A DNA stretch of 64,000 bases from Promethearchaeota archaeon (lineage in GTDB: Archaea; Asgardarchaeota; Lokiarchaeia; Sigyniarchaeales; SOKP01), in assembly GCA_048941285.1 (NCBI GenBank), contig JBHLNS010000002.1, forward strand, positions 32,001 through 96,000, in the 5' to 3' direction. The translations under genes and the position numbers were made by a program. Positions 49,431-60,054 of this stretch are shown one piece after another. Every line of letters starts with the position of its first letter. Positions within the stretch are counted from its first letter, which is position 1. Under the pieces are notes generated by a model. It worked only from the letters and a program-made list of their open reading frames with translations. It had not been told where the DNA came from and ran no database searches.

Positions 49431-50123
49431 ATGGTTCAATATAAAGATGGTAATATTTATCTGAAGATTGTGTATTATGGTATGGCAGGGTGTGGGAAGA
49501 CAACTATACTAGAAACCCTCTACAAATTAACAAAAGATGGTAAAAGAGAAATTATTCCTGCAAGTGATTTACAAAAAATTGATAGAGATAGTGGAGCTAC
49601 CCTTTATTTTGATAGGGGAATATTTCAATCTGCAAAAAAAAAGAAGATTTATTATAGAGTATACACTGTTGCTGGTCAAAAAGGTTTTGCTACATTAAGA
49701 AGAAAAGTTTTTAATAAAATAGATGCTGAGACAGATGCTGTAATATTCGTTGTAGATTCGCAAATAAAATATTTTGAAGATAATATTGAATTTCTACTAG
49801 AATTAAAAGACATTACGAAAGATAGACTCATTAAAGAAATTCCATTTATTGTCATGCTAAATAAACAAGATTTAAAACAAATAATTAATGAAGATGACTT
49901 TATTCATATATTAAAAAGAGAAAAGCTTTGGTATGAACCTGATCATGAATTATACATTTGGAGTCCACTAATTTATAAAACTTGTGCATTATATGATCAA
50001 GAAAAAGATATTTATCGCAGTTTTCATGAGATAGCACGAAGAACAGGGTTATATCATATATATGGAGATGGAAGAGCTCCAAAAGATAAGAGATTTACAG
50101 ATACTTCAATCTTAACAGCTTAA
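49431..50123 (+). CDS. MglA-like small GTPase
   Basis: LKIVYYGMAGCGKTT, TLYFD, YTVAGQ, VIFVVDS, NKQDL. Confidence 0.85.
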   Translation: MVQYKDGNIYLKIVYYGMAGCGKTTILETLYKLTKDGKREIIPASDLQKIDRDSGATLYFDRGIFQSAKKKKIYYRVYTVAGQKGFATLRRKVFNKIDAETDAVIFVVDSQIKYFEDNIEFLLELKDITKDRLIKEIPFIVMLNKQDLKQIINEDDFIHILKREKLWYEPDHELYIWSPLIYKTCALYDQEKDIYRSFHEIARRTGLYHIYGDGRAPKDKRFTDTSILTA

Positions 50124-50176
50124 TTTTATTTTGCTGCAATTCTTTCTTAAAATAAAAATAAAATAATGAATTTATA

Positions 50177-50938
50177 TTATTCATTTTTTATAAAAATCTC
50201 TTTCATCCAACGAGGGAGAAGGAAACCGCCATAGAATTCCAATGCACTTAATATCAACAATATTCTTACGACAACAACCATTATCGATAAAAATAGATCA
50301 GTAGGATCTTCAAAAATAGCCCCTAGCAAAGAATCAAATACTGAGCCAACAGTGAAAGTTATAAACGCAGCCCGAAGTAATTTCCCCTTCAATCTAATTT
50401 CTCGGTCGTCTGATTTAACTGATTTTTGAGCAAAAATTATTCCAGTAACCAACATAACTATAATTACTATCATTAAGTAAATTGTGATAAAGATGCCAAA
50501 ATCAGCAGTGAATGGTCTACTTAATGGATCAATTGTACCTATCAAATTTAAATCTATGAAAAACAGAGAAAAAAATATAATTTCAAAGATAATTGAAAGA
50601 ATAATTGTGGTTGTGATTACCTTTTTCTGCGATTTTTTTCTTATCATATCTGTATATGCGGTTAACCAAGTTATTAAAGCAATAGGAAGAAAGCAATTAC
50701 CTATGATAAAATACCAGCCAGTATCCAAAGGAGTCTGTGCAATAAGAATCATTAAGAACGAAACAGAATCAGGAATCCATGGATTTGCCACACCTATCCA
50801 GGAAATTCCTACTAAGATCAATAGCCGATTTTTATATTCAAAATACTTCGACAAAATTGTTATTCCAATAATTAAAGATATTATTACAAATATAAGACTA
50901 AAACTCCCTTGTAAGTAATCTACTAATTCAAGTGCCAT
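50177..50938 (-). CDS. Membrane protein with about 7 TM helices
   Basis: Seven hydrophobic segments, C-terminal GFLLPRW. Confidence 0.65.
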   Translation of the reverse strand: MALELVDYLQGSFSLIFVIISLIIGITILSKYFEYKNRLLILVGISWIGVANPWIPDSVSFLMILIAQTPLDTGWYFIIGNCFLPIALITWLTAYTDMIRKKSQKKVITTTIILSIIFEIIFFSLFFIDLNLIGTIDPLSRPFTADFGIFITIYLMIVIIVMLVTGIIFAQKSVKSDDREIRLKGKLLRAAFITFTVGSVFDSLLGAIFEDPTDLFLSIMVVVVRILLILSALEFYGGFLLPRWMKEIFIKNE

Positions 50939-51067
50939 AATTTCTCACTAAAGTTTTAAATATATTATCGTGCGATTGTATAAACTTATGTTCTTTTTCT
51001 ATAAAAATATATATCTTTTTATTGCCCTAAATTTAAAGCTTAGAATAGAATCAAATAGTTACTAAAA

Positions 51068-52153
51068 TTAAACAATTTCATAATCAAAAGAGGTATCTTC
51101 TCCCATCTGCTCTGTTAAGAGCTTTAAGTGAGTTATATATTCATTTAAGGATATTTCTTGGTTCTGATATCTTTCAATTATTTTCTCAATAACATAATAT
51201 GGTCTGAATTTAATAAACCGGACATCGGAGAAAAGGTAGACAAAACCCTTTGTTTCATAAATAAATCTCTTATCTAATAGCTCATTAAAGAGTTCTTCTT
51301 TATTGTTTAAAATATTCAAGCAATCATTTACCGACAATCTTTTTTCTCTTAGTGTCTTCAAGAGAGAAAATACATCTTTATTAAATAATACTGTCTGAAT
51401 TACCGTCTTATTTTCGTAATCTGAGATATTATAATAATCAATATAATATTTTTTTAAAGATTCTTTATACTTTTTTAAGATATGTTCTTCTATCTCTTCA
51501 GAAGGAAATTTTTTAGGAGGAATTCGAGAGCAGGATAGGTCTTTCACTAAAAAATAACATTCTTTGCTTCCGGGTACATTCTTTTTTATCACAAGATTTT
51601 CATGAAGAAAAGAGATTAATATTAGATCAATATTTACTGTGGAAAAGCCATAGCTATGTCTTAAAATGTTCATTAACTCAATTTTAGATATTACGCCATT
51701 TCTTAAGATTTCGAGAATTGTATATTTCATCTTATCTTGAAAAAAATTGACTAAATTATCCTCTTCATCTAATTTGGAATAATCTCTTATTGTATTGAAC
51801 GCTTCAGATATTGTCCGAGTGATTTTATTTGTATTAATTAATTCAATTAAATTTTTACTTATAAGCGCTAGAATCTCTGGAGATTGCTCAATGATATCTT
51901 CAATACTCTCTTTTTTCTTATAAACTAAGATAAGGAAATAATCTTCTCCCTCCATTCTTTGTATCATCGAGATATAACGGATATCTTGATCCTCAGGAAT
52001 GAATTCAATCATAGAGGCTTCTTTATTTGTTTCGTGTTTTGCCCAAATTTTTAGTAGAAGTTCTTTCGAAGGAAAATTTTTTTCTGGGGGATATTGTATT
52101 ATGGGCTCCGGTCCTGTGGAAGTATTCCAGTGAGTTAGAATAATGCGTTCCAT
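51068..52153 (-). CDS. Longin/uDENN-like domain protein with winged-helix-like C-terminal region
   Basis: IILTHWNTSTGPEPIIQYP N-terminus, typical of longin/uDENN-fold proteins. Confidence 0.55.
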   Translation of the reverse strand: MERIILTHWNTSTGPEPIIQYPPEKNFPSKELLLKIWAKHETNKEASMIEFIPEDQDIRYISMIQRMEGEDYFLILVYKKKESIEDIIEQSPEILALISKNLIELINTNKITRTISEAFNTIRDYSKLDEEDNLVNFFQDKMKYTILEILRNGVISKIELMNILRHSYGFSTVNIDLILISFLHENLVIKKNVPGSKECYFLVKDLSCSRIPPKKFPSEEIEEHILKKYKESLKKYYIDYYNISDYENKTVIQTVLFNKDVFSLLKTLREKRLSVNDCLNILNNKEELFNELLDKRFIYETKGFVYLFSDVRFIKFRPYYVIEKIIERYQNQEISLNEYITHLKLLTEQMGEDTSFDYEIV

Positions 52154-52394
52154 TTCTGTATGGATCTCTATTATTAATATATATTTTTATTGAGTTTTAC
52201 ATATCTTTTATAATTATTTTTCTCTTTCTTATTAATGGATTTTGTTCTTATAATAATTTACGATTTTAGTATAGATGATATTTTATATTATATTAATAGT
52301 ATAGAAAGTCCAAAAAGGTTTTCTTTAATATTTTTTGATATAAATTAAGTTTTAATTAATTAAAAAAGAGATATTCTGAAAAGAGCTATTTTAA

Positions 52395-52643
52395 TTAAAA
52401 GAATTCTGGAAAGGATTGCTCAATTCTATTTAATGTTATTGCTAAAAGATTAAGAACTTCCTCATTATTATTAGATTTAATATTGTCAATTACACTATCT
52501 AAAATTTTATTACCTAATTGAATATCGGCTTTTGTCTTTACTTGTTTATAACGAAACAACAAAGTGAACTCATTCTCGAGCCATTCTAAGTCTTCTTTTA
52601 AAGTATCTTCCAAAACTTTCTCATAGTCTCCATCAACTGACAT
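52395..52643 (-). CDS. Small acidic helical hypothetical protein
   Basis: 82-aa ORF with GGAGGA RBS upstream on the minus strand. Confidence 0.7.
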   Translation of the reverse strand: MSVDGDYEKVLEDTLKEDLEWLENEFTLLFRYKQVKTKADIQLGNKILDSVIDNIKSNNNEEVLNLLAITLNRIEQSFPEFF

Positions 52644-52881
52644 TTATTAATCCTCCTAACCTAATATAATACCTCAAATCTTTAATAATAATATAATTAT
52701 TTAAAACTAGTTGAACAAAAAAATTTTTATAACAATAGGACGTACAAAACACTTTTGTACACAAAAAAAGTGATTTGAGATAATAAAAGAATGCAATGAT
52801 TGATTAAGAATTTAATTCCCTCTCCCTATTTGCGAGATAGAATAAAAATTATAACTAATTTATGATTTACCAATAGAATAG

Positions 52882-53055
52882 TTAATTCTCTACATTCTTA
52901 AATTGATACCTAGTGAAAATTTTCGAAAGTTCGTAGACCGACTGCATATTTTTCCTTAAAATTGCGTTATCGAGCGTTTTATAGAATTCTGACAAATTAA
53001 TTTCATTATTTTCCTTAGGGATAGTTTCCTTCAAGCTTTTTCCTTTTTCATTCAT
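52882..53055 (-). CDS. Small hypothetical protein, 57 aa (absent from the ORF track)
   Basis: MNEKGKSLKETIPKENNEINLSEFYKTLDNAILRKNMQSVYELSKIFTRYQFKNVEN*; fills a 490-bp gap and is co-oriented with its neighbours. Confidence 0.5.
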   Translation of the reverse strand: MNEKGKSLKETIPKENNEINLSEFYKTLDNAILRKNMQSVYELSKIFTRYQFKNVEN

Positions 53056-53135
53056 AACCTATATTGTATTACCCTCGGTAAAAAAAAAGAATGATATCAC
53101 AATGATACTTGAAATAAAAAAGGATTTAAAAGTAG

Positions 53136-53954
53136 TTAATCAAGATTATTAACAGACTTTTTCTTTTCATAAAATCTAGCAAAAAGGTAATAAGCAATAA
53201 AAATTATAGCTAATACTCCAACTATAATTAATAAAATTATATTAAATAATGCTGATTGTGCCTCAATGTTAGGATTATTAGGATCAACTCCGAATAAAGA
53301 ACCTAACCACGCAAAGAAGAATGCCCGAGGAATGGCTCCAATTAAAGTTCCAAGGGTGTATTTCTTAACATCCATTCCTACGAGTCCTGAAGTATAGCTT
53401 ATAGGATCAAAAGCTATGAATGGGAGCACTCTTGAAATTAAAATTGCCCATATACCATATTTTTCAATAAATGCATCAGCCATATTTATCGCTTTCTTTC
53501 CTACAAATTTTTCTGCAAGTGGACGACCTCCTTTTTTACTAACATAAAAGCAGAGAACACCTGCTGCTAAAGATCCAATTATCCCCATAAAACCTCCTAA
53601 AAAGAGCCCCCATATCATACCAGTCGCTAACAAAACAATCTCAGATGGGAGAGGTACAATAAGACCTTGAAGTGCCATTATACCTATAAAAAAGAATATT
53701 CCTAAAAATCCTAAAGCTTGAATTGGATTGACAAAAAGATTTACCACAATTGTATAGAGAAAAGTTGGATCAAAGAAATAGTTATATATAAACAATCCAA
53801 GAGACAATACAATTAAAATTACAAATAGAATAATATATAGAAGAGTTTTGGTATCGTAATGAGAGAAATCAACTAAATTTCTTAAATAGTTCTTTACTTT
53901 CGCCGAAAAAGAATGGTTTTCATCTATTTGCTTATCCTTATTTTCTTGTGTCAT
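53136..53954 (-). CDS. TVP38/TMEM64 (DedA/VTT, SNARE-associated) membrane protein
   Basis: VPLPSE..TGMIWG, GRPLAEK, SRVLPFIAFDPISYTSGL, GTLIGAIP. Confidence 0.88.
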   Translation of the reverse strand: MTQENKDKQIDENHSFSAKVKNYLRNLVDFSHYDTKTLLYIILFVILIVLSLGLFIYNYFFDPTFLYTIVVNLFVNPIQALGFLGIFFFIGIMALQGLIVPLPSEIVLLATGMIWGLFLGGFMGIIGSLAAGVLCFYVSKKGGRPLAEKFVGKKAINMADAFIEKYGIWAILISRVLPFIAFDPISYTSGLVGMDVKKYTLGTLIGAIPRAFFFAWLGSLFGVDPNNPNIEAQSALFNIILLIIVGVLAIIFIAYYLFARFYEKKKSVNNLD

Positions 53955-54051
53955 TTTTAATAAGATTTTGAGTAAATATTAAGTAATATTAGTAATTTAA
54001 ATTTCTATAAAAAGTATTTTTTAAAGTTATTAGCAAATTTGTGGTTTAGAA

Positions 54052-54861
54052 ATGTTTAAGAATATTAAAAAATCTATAATTACGAAATTAATGTTAGTAA
54101 TAATAGTCTCTTGGGTCATTCTTGCTCTAGTTTTTGGTTTCACAGACCTAGAGATATCTAGAATTGTTGTTAACGAGAATTCAGTTTGGGGTATTTTTGG
54201 AAGAGATTATGGTGAAGCTCCAGGATATGGATTAATCGCCATTGCCTTATCAGCTTTAATTGGAAGTTACAATGATAATTTAAGGAAACAAAAAATTCCT
54301 GCGTACGTAATTATAGTAATTGGAGTTATACTACTAGTTTTAGGTATCATTTTTAATATCCAAGCTTTAGCTGTTGATGGAGCAAGCGTCTCTATTTGTG
54401 TTTTTTTATTTCTAGTTATAACATTCAATAAAGATTGGAAGAATTATAGAAATATTTCAACTGTTGTAATTATTTTGGCAGTTTTAAATCCATTGTTATT
54501 TGTACAAATCACAAAAATTTTAACAGGGAGAATTAGATTTAATGAATTAGCTCCAGGTTTTACTGATTATACTCCTTGGTTCCTACCTCCTGGACCCCTT
54601 TCTGGAGGAGATTCATTTCCATCGGGACATACAAGTGTATCTTTTATGTTTTTACCATTGCTGATACTCATGAGAGAACGTAAATTATTTGATCCAATTA
54701 GAATCTTGGTTACAGTTTTAGTATTAGGATGGGCAATATTTGTTGGAGTATCTCGGGTAATAGTTGGCGATCATTATGCTTCAGATGTCTTATTTTCAAG
54801 TATGGTGGCCGTAGTTATTACTACCTTGCTTTATAAAAAATTTTACGTCAAAACATCCTAA
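54052..54861 (+). CDS. PAP2-family membrane phosphatase
   Basis: KILTGRIR, SFPSGH, SRVIVGDHYASDV. Confidence 0.9.
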   Translation: MFKNIKKSIITKLMLVIIVSWVILALVFGFTDLEISRIVVNENSVWGIFGRDYGEAPGYGLIAIALSALIGSYNDNLRKQKIPAYVIIVIGVILLVLGIIFNIQALAVDGASVSICVFLFLVITFNKDWKNYRNISTVVIILAVLNPLLFVQITKILTGRIRFNELAPGFTDYTPWFLPPGPLSGGDSFPSGHTSVSFMFLPLLILMRERKLFDPIRILVTVLVLGWAIFVGVSRVIVGDHYASDVLFSSMVAVVITTLLYKKFYVKTS

Positions 54862-54875
54862 TCTAAGATTTTAGA

Positions 54876-56252
54876 TTAACCTTTGCTAGTAAATCTCAAG
54901 TTTTTAACTTTTATAGGTACCACTATGCTTTTAATATCATAAGCTTGTTTGATTGGCTGTTTAAATTCTTTTCCAATCTCAATATCTTTTAGAATTCGTG
55001 GAATTTCATCAGTAAATCTCATATTTCTAGCTGATCCTATAATCTCTCCATTCTTGATGATAAGCAATCCATCCTTGGTCATCCCTGTAATCGATCCTAC
55101 TGGAGGGTTAACAAAATTAATATAGTGAAAATTGGTTATTAATAATCCATTTTTAATTTCTGAAATCATTTCTTCTTTGCTGTATATGCCAGGTTTCATA
55201 GTTTCTGCAAATGGAAACCCAATTGTTTCACCAAAAAAGTTATAACAAGTTCCCAATGCTTTAGTTCCTAATCTAACTGCATCTAAACGAGAGCATGAGT
55301 AATTTTTCAAAATACCATTTTCTACAACGGGGAAACGTTGAGTTGCCAATCCCTCATCATCTATAGGTCTAGAACCTAAATGCTCAGGATTATGAGGATT
55401 ATTAATTAGCGTTAGTTTATCACTAAAAACTTGCTTTTCAAGTTTATCAGTTAAGAAACTGGCTTTATCTATTATTAATCTTGAAGAGGTAGCCATACTA
55501 ATATAAAAAAGTAGTTCATTAACAGCTTGATGATCAAGGATTACTTCATATTCACCAGTTTCAATTGTTTTAGCGCCTAATCCTTGGACAGCTCTTTTAG
55601 CAACTTCTTCTGCCTCTTGCGCAATCCCAAGTTTTGAGAATATTCTCGAACCAAAAGTACTATTAGACCGACTTACTTCACCATGCTCAATTGCATTTAT
55701 ATTAATGGTTGAAGTTATTTTTGTACTAGGGTAGAGTATCTCTTGTCCTTCAGAAGAAATGAAATATTTAAAACCATCAGTTAATAAAATATTACCGGAA
55801 ATCCCTTCAATCCGTTTATCAACAGCTTCTCCTGCAACGATAGATTCTTCAACTTTATCAACAATCGCATCAGGGCCAATATTTGAAACATTAGGATCAT
55901 TTAAACTTAATGAAGGATATTGCTGTTTCTGTTTTATAATTCCGGGGTAATCTGGATCAGGAGGTACTAATTTTGCAGTGGTAATGAGATAATCTACGAG
56001 ATTAAGAATTCGCTTCTTTGTTACATCATTTGTTGATGATTTAATCCGTTGTTTATCTTTATAGATAATAGTAATAGCGAAATCTCTGCATAAGTCTCTG
56101 TAATTTTGTAATATCTCTGAATTGGAAAACCGAGTAATATATTCTTTTGCTATTGAAGCATTTATAAAAGCATCACATCCAGAATCTTGTGCTCGTTTTA
56201 CTGCAAGTTCTGAAAGTTCAATAAACAATTCCTTTTGTTTGTCTAAACTCAT
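54876..56252 (-). CDS. PmbA/TldE-family protein (second copy)
   Basis: TRFSNSEI, IDDEG, LLITNFHY, TGMTKDG, NMRF; no HExxxH. Confidence 0.82.
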   Translation of the reverse strand: MSLDKQKELFIELSELAVKRAQDSGCDAFINASIAKEYITRFSNSEILQNYRDLCRDFAITIIYKDKQRIKSSTNDVTKKRILNLVDYLITTAKLVPPDPDYPGIIKQKQQYPSLSLNDPNVSNIGPDAIVDKVEESIVAGEAVDKRIEGISGNILLTDGFKYFISSEGQEILYPSTKITSTININAIEHGEVSRSNSTFGSRIFSKLGIAQEAEEVAKRAVQGLGAKTIETGEYEVILDHQAVNELLFYISMATSSRLIIDKASFLTDKLEKQVFSDKLTLINNPHNPEHLGSRPIDDEGLATQRFPVVENGILKNYSCSRLDAVRLGTKALGTCYNFFGETIGFPFAETMKPGIYSKEEMISEIKNGLLITNFHYINFVNPPVGSITGMTKDGLLIIKNGEIIGSARNMRFTDEIPRILKDIEIGKEFKQPIKQAYDIKSIVVPIKVKNLRFTSKG

Positions 56253-56263
56253 AATTACACCTC

Positions 56264-57715
56264 TTAACCACTAAATATACTTACTCCTTGGAATCTAGAC
56301 CATGGACCACCATGAGAAATCCACATTGACTGCATATATGGTGCTCCTTTACCACAAACTGGACCATGACCATCAATTCTCCATTCTTTAGTCATCATAT
56401 CTAATCCCCCCCAGAATTCAGGAGTAGCTGCTTGATATATAGTATTTTTCAAAGGTTTCCCTAGTTCACCATTTTTAATTTCATAAGCAATCTGTACGGC
56501 AAATTGGAAATTCATTCTCTTATCGTCAATACTATGAGATTTCCAATTAATACCATATATTCCTTCTTTCGTTTCAGATATAAGTTCATCAACATTTTTA
56601 GGTCCTTGAGGGTCTGGTTCGAGATATAAATTACTCATTCTAATAAGAGGAAATCTATTATATCTGTCAACTCTCGCATTTCCATTACTATACTCTTTAC
56701 CTATAAGCTTAGCTGTTTGCCTATCCGATTGATAATCATTAAAAATCCCTTCTTTTACCACATAAAACTTTTTAGTTTTTACTCCTTCATGGTCATATTT
56801 TTCATGACCTAGAACATAGGGCATTGTTGGATCGCAGATTAAATTCACTTTCTCTGATCCATATTGATAATTAGATCCAAGTTTATCTAAGGTTAGAAAA
56901 CTTGTTCCAGCAAAATCTGCTTCCCATCCCAAAACCCTATCAAGTTCTGAAGGATGCCCACAAGATTCATGAATTGTGAGACCAAGTTGGTATGGCTCTA
57001 ATATAAAAGTTGTTTTTTGAGGTTTAGGAGCGATAGCTTCGGTCGCAAGAATTATTGCTTCAGTTGCAATTTGATCTGATGTTTTTTCAAAATTAAACAT
57101 GTCAATATATTCATAACCTCGCATATCAAACAACATTATATTCCTATTCTGGTTATCCTTTTCAATTGCAGTTGCTGAACAACCAGCACCAGAGAATAAC
57201 TCTTGTTGAGATATCAATGTTCCTTCAGAATTACCATAATTGATATTAATTTTTGCAAAATACATTGAGTTCTCTCTTACTTTAATACTATTGCCTTTTT
57301 CCGCCATTATAGAATCTGCATTCTTCAAAATCTCTATTTTATCTTCTATATCAACCTCAAAGGGATCTATTTTGAAAGAAGTTTCATATGTATCTTTAAT
57401 AATCGGTTCGTCAGTTAGTTGAACTGGATTCTTTATTATTCTACTAGTAGCTTCAGCTTCTTTTACAGCTGCTTCAACTATCTCAGGTAAAATAGATTTA
57501 TCTATGATTGCCGTACTAGCAAAACCCCAAGCTCCATTTTTTAATACACGAATTCCATATCCGATATCTTTAGCTCTCATTAGGTTATCAATTTGTCCAT
57601 TTCTGATCCGTAATTCTTCTACTTCATATCCAAAAAATCTACATTCAGCAAAATCAACATCATTCAATTCTGCTTTTTTTAATGATAAGGAAATAAAATC
57701 TTCCATAGTTATCAA
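56264..57715 (-). CDS. tldD: TldD-family metalloprotease (second copy)
   Basis: GIRVLKNGAWGFAS, HESCGHPSELDRVLG, RMSNL, SIDDKRMNFQF, CGKG. Confidence 0.9.
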   Translation of the reverse strand: MITMEDFISLSLKKAELNDVDFAECRFFGYEVEELRIRNGQIDNLMRAKDIGYGIRVLKNGAWGFASTAIIDKSILPEIVEAAVKEAEATSRIIKNPVQLTDEPIIKDTYETSFKIDPFEVDIEDKIEILKNADSIMAEKGNSIKVRENSMYFAKININYGNSEGTLISQQELFSGAGCSATAIEKDNQNRNIMLFDMRGYEYIDMFNFEKTSDQIATEAIILATEAIAPKPQKTTFILEPYQLGLTIHESCGHPSELDRVLGWEADFAGTSFLTLDKLGSNYQYGSEKVNLICDPTMPYVLGHEKYDHEGVKTKKFYVVKEGIFNDYQSDRQTAKLIGKEYSNGNARVDRYNRFPLIRMSNLYLEPDPQGPKNVDELISETKEGIYGINWKSHSIDDKRMNFQFAVQIAYEIKNGELGKPLKNTIYQAATPEFWGGLDMMTKEWRIDGHGPVCGKGAPYMQSMWISHGGPWSRFQGVSIFSG

Positions 57716-57848
57716 GTAAAAATAATATTACATTTAATGAATGAGTTTTTTTAATAATAGTTTTCTTTAATAATTGCATTTTACAAAACTATTATTTTTT
57801 AAATAATAAATCACAATGATTGATTAATATTAATAAGGAGAATAAAAA

Positions 57849-58499
57849 TTGAGAGAAATCATTAAGGATATTTATCATATAGGAGATTCTGGTTGTTCAG
57901 TTTATTTAATACAAACCCATAGTGAAGAAGGTCTGGTTTTAATTGATTGTGGAATGAGTGTTAAGATGATAAAAAAGATTGATAGTATCAATTTAAATCC
58001 AATGGATATTAACCATTGCATTATAACGCATTTCCATATTGATCATATTGCTGCCTGTTATGATCTTAAGCAATTTAACGAAAAAATAAATTTTTATGCT
58101 CATGAGATGGACGCAGACGCAATAGAAGAAGTAGGTCATGATAAAGAAACCGCAGCTAAATGGTATGGAGTGAGTTATAAACCAGTTAAACTTAAAAAAA
58201 GATTGAAAGGTGAACTCGAGACACTTGTTTTCGGTATTTATGATTTTCAATGCATTCATACACCTGGTCATACTCCAGGATCTATTTCAATTCTACTCCA
58301 AACTAAAGAAAACAAAAAAATCTTGTTTGGACAAGATTTGCATGGACCAATTATTCCTGGAGTAAGTAATTATGAGGATTACCAAAATTCATTACGCAAA
58401 CTCCTTGATTTAAAAGCAGATATTTTATGTGAAGGTCATTTTGGGATTTTTCAACCAGCAAGCGAAGTTCAAAGATATATTAAACAATATATAGATTGA
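57849..58499 (+). CDS. MBL-fold metallo-hydrolase (glyoxalase II-like)
   Basis: LIDCG, THFHIDH, HTPGHTPGS, EGH. Confidence 0.88.
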   Translation: MREIIKDIYHIGDSGCSVYLIQTHSEEGLVLIDCGMSVKMIKKIDSINLNPMDINHCIITHFHIDHIAACYDLKQFNEKINFYAHEMDADAIEEVGHDKETAAKWYGVSYKPVKLKKRLKGELETLVFGIYDFQCIHTPGHTPGSISILLQTKENKKILFGQDLHGPIIPGVSNYEDYQNSLRKLLDLKADILCEGHFGIFQPASEVQRYIKQYID

Positions 58500-58526
58500 A
58501 TAAGGATTAACTCAAATAAGATTTAC

Positions 58527-59000
58527 TTAAGATTCTGCTTTTTGCTCTTTGCCCGTTATATCAGATATATCCATCCGTAACATTCCCGAATTTTCATAGG
58601 TTTCATCTTTTTTTAGGTACTTATTTCTAATGATATTAGGATCTTGTTCCAATTGATTTAATAGAATATTGAATCCATATTTTTTTTCTTTTAAAGTTTC
58701 TATAATTTCCATTTTTCCTCTAAACACTATTGAGCGAAAGGTTTGACCGCAAGCTTCTTCATACCCATTATCCTCGATGACAGTGCCACACACGTAAGGA
58801 TTCGCTTTTATGAAATCTATTTTTTGCCCTTCTTTTGCGCAATGAAAATATAAAGCATTTTTGGATTCATCATATCCATAACTTAAAGTAATAATGTAAG
58901 GTTCATTCTCTTTAGCCAAAGAAAAAACCGCATATTTTCCTCCTTTTAATAACTCACGTAATTCTTCTGTATTCTTTATTTCCTTTTCAATCCTTCTCAT
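58527..59000 (-). CDS. Pyridoxamine 5'-phosphate oxidase-like flavin-binding protein (NimA-like)
   Basis: MRRIEKEI, EPYII, LYFHCAKEGQK, FRSIVFRG, ITGK. Confidence 0.85.
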   Translation of the reverse strand: MRRIEKEIKNTEELRELLKGGKYAVFSLAKENEPYIITLSYGYDESKNALYFHCAKEGQKIDFIKANPYVCGTVIEDNGYEEACGQTFRSIVFRGKMEIIETLKEKKYGFNILLNQLEQDPNIIRNKYLKKDETYENSGMLRMDISDITGKEQKAES

Positions 59001-59172
59001 GTGATATTTGGGTATAATAAACCACCCCTTAAAAACTCCAAATTAAAAAAGTAAATTTTCCTTTGTTTAAATTTTCACCTCGAAATTCTTTAAATTTATT
59101 GTTCAAAACCTCTTTAACTTATAAGATCATATCATTAATTTTATCAAACTTCAACTATTTTTCAAATATAAG

Positions 59173-60033
59173 ATGGTTTTAGAAGATTGGCATACTCATA
59201 ATGAACTATGTCGCCACGCAGTAGGCTCTATTGAGGATTATATTAAACAAGCTATCAAATTAAATTTGGATCTTATTGGAATTAGTGATCATTTCCCATA
59301 TGAATATCTTAAGAACAGCAGTGTCTTAATAGAAGAAGTTCCTTATCAAGAATATGCCATGAAGTTAAGTGAGGTTGAATTATATTTTTCTACAATTCAA
59401 AAGTTGAAGAAGAAATATGATAATGATATTCAGATAAGAATAGCTTTTGAGATCGACTATTTTAGAAGTCAAGAAGAATTATTAATTAAATATTTGAAAA
59501 AAAGGGTTGATTTAATAGACTATATTTTAGGATCTGTCCATATGTTACATGGAAAATCAAGATTATTTGCTTTTGATGATGAAAGATTCTTAAGCATGTA
59601 TAAAGAATATGAGAATATTGATATCATCTATTTAGAATATTATCATAATTTACAGGATATGATCAATTCAGATAAATTTGAATTTGATATCTTATGCCAT
59701 TTTGATTTACCAAAGAAATACAATAAAAGAGCTATCAATAAGGATTTAGTTATGAATGAAGCGATTAAGACTCTAGAGCTGGCAAAGAAATTAGATTTAA
59801 CTATAGAAATAAATACCGGAGGATTAAGAAAGCAAGTGAAAGAACAATACCCCAGTTTTGAAATTATTGAACGAATGTATGAGTTAGATATCCCAATCCT
59901 TCTATCTTCTGATGCACACCATCCAGATGATCTAGGATATAAATTTAATAAAATGTTAAAACTATTAAGAAAAATTGGTTATAATCAATTAGCTCATTTT
60001 AAAAAAAGAAAAAGATCATTTATAGAGATATAA
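59173..60033 (+). CDS. hisK: PHP-family histidinol-phosphatase (HisJ/HisK type)
   Basis: DWHTHNELCRHA, ISDH, ILGSVH, HFDLPK, EINTGG, SDAH. Confidence 0.85.
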   Translation: MVLEDWHTHNELCRHAVGSIEDYIKQAIKLNLDLIGISDHFPYEYLKNSSVLIEEVPYQEYAMKLSEVELYFSTIQKLKKKYDNDIQIRIAFEIDYFRSQEELLIKYLKKRVDLIDYILGSVHMLHGKSRLFAFDDERFLSMYKEYENIDIIYLEYYHNLQDMINSDKFEFDILCHFDLPKKYNKRAINKDLVMNEAIKTLELAKKLDLTIEINTGGLRKQVKEQYPSFEIIERMYELDIPILLSSDAHHPDDLGYKFNKMLKLLRKIGYNQLAHFKKRKRSFIEI

Positions 60034-60054
60034 TAATTTACATTTAGGATTGAG

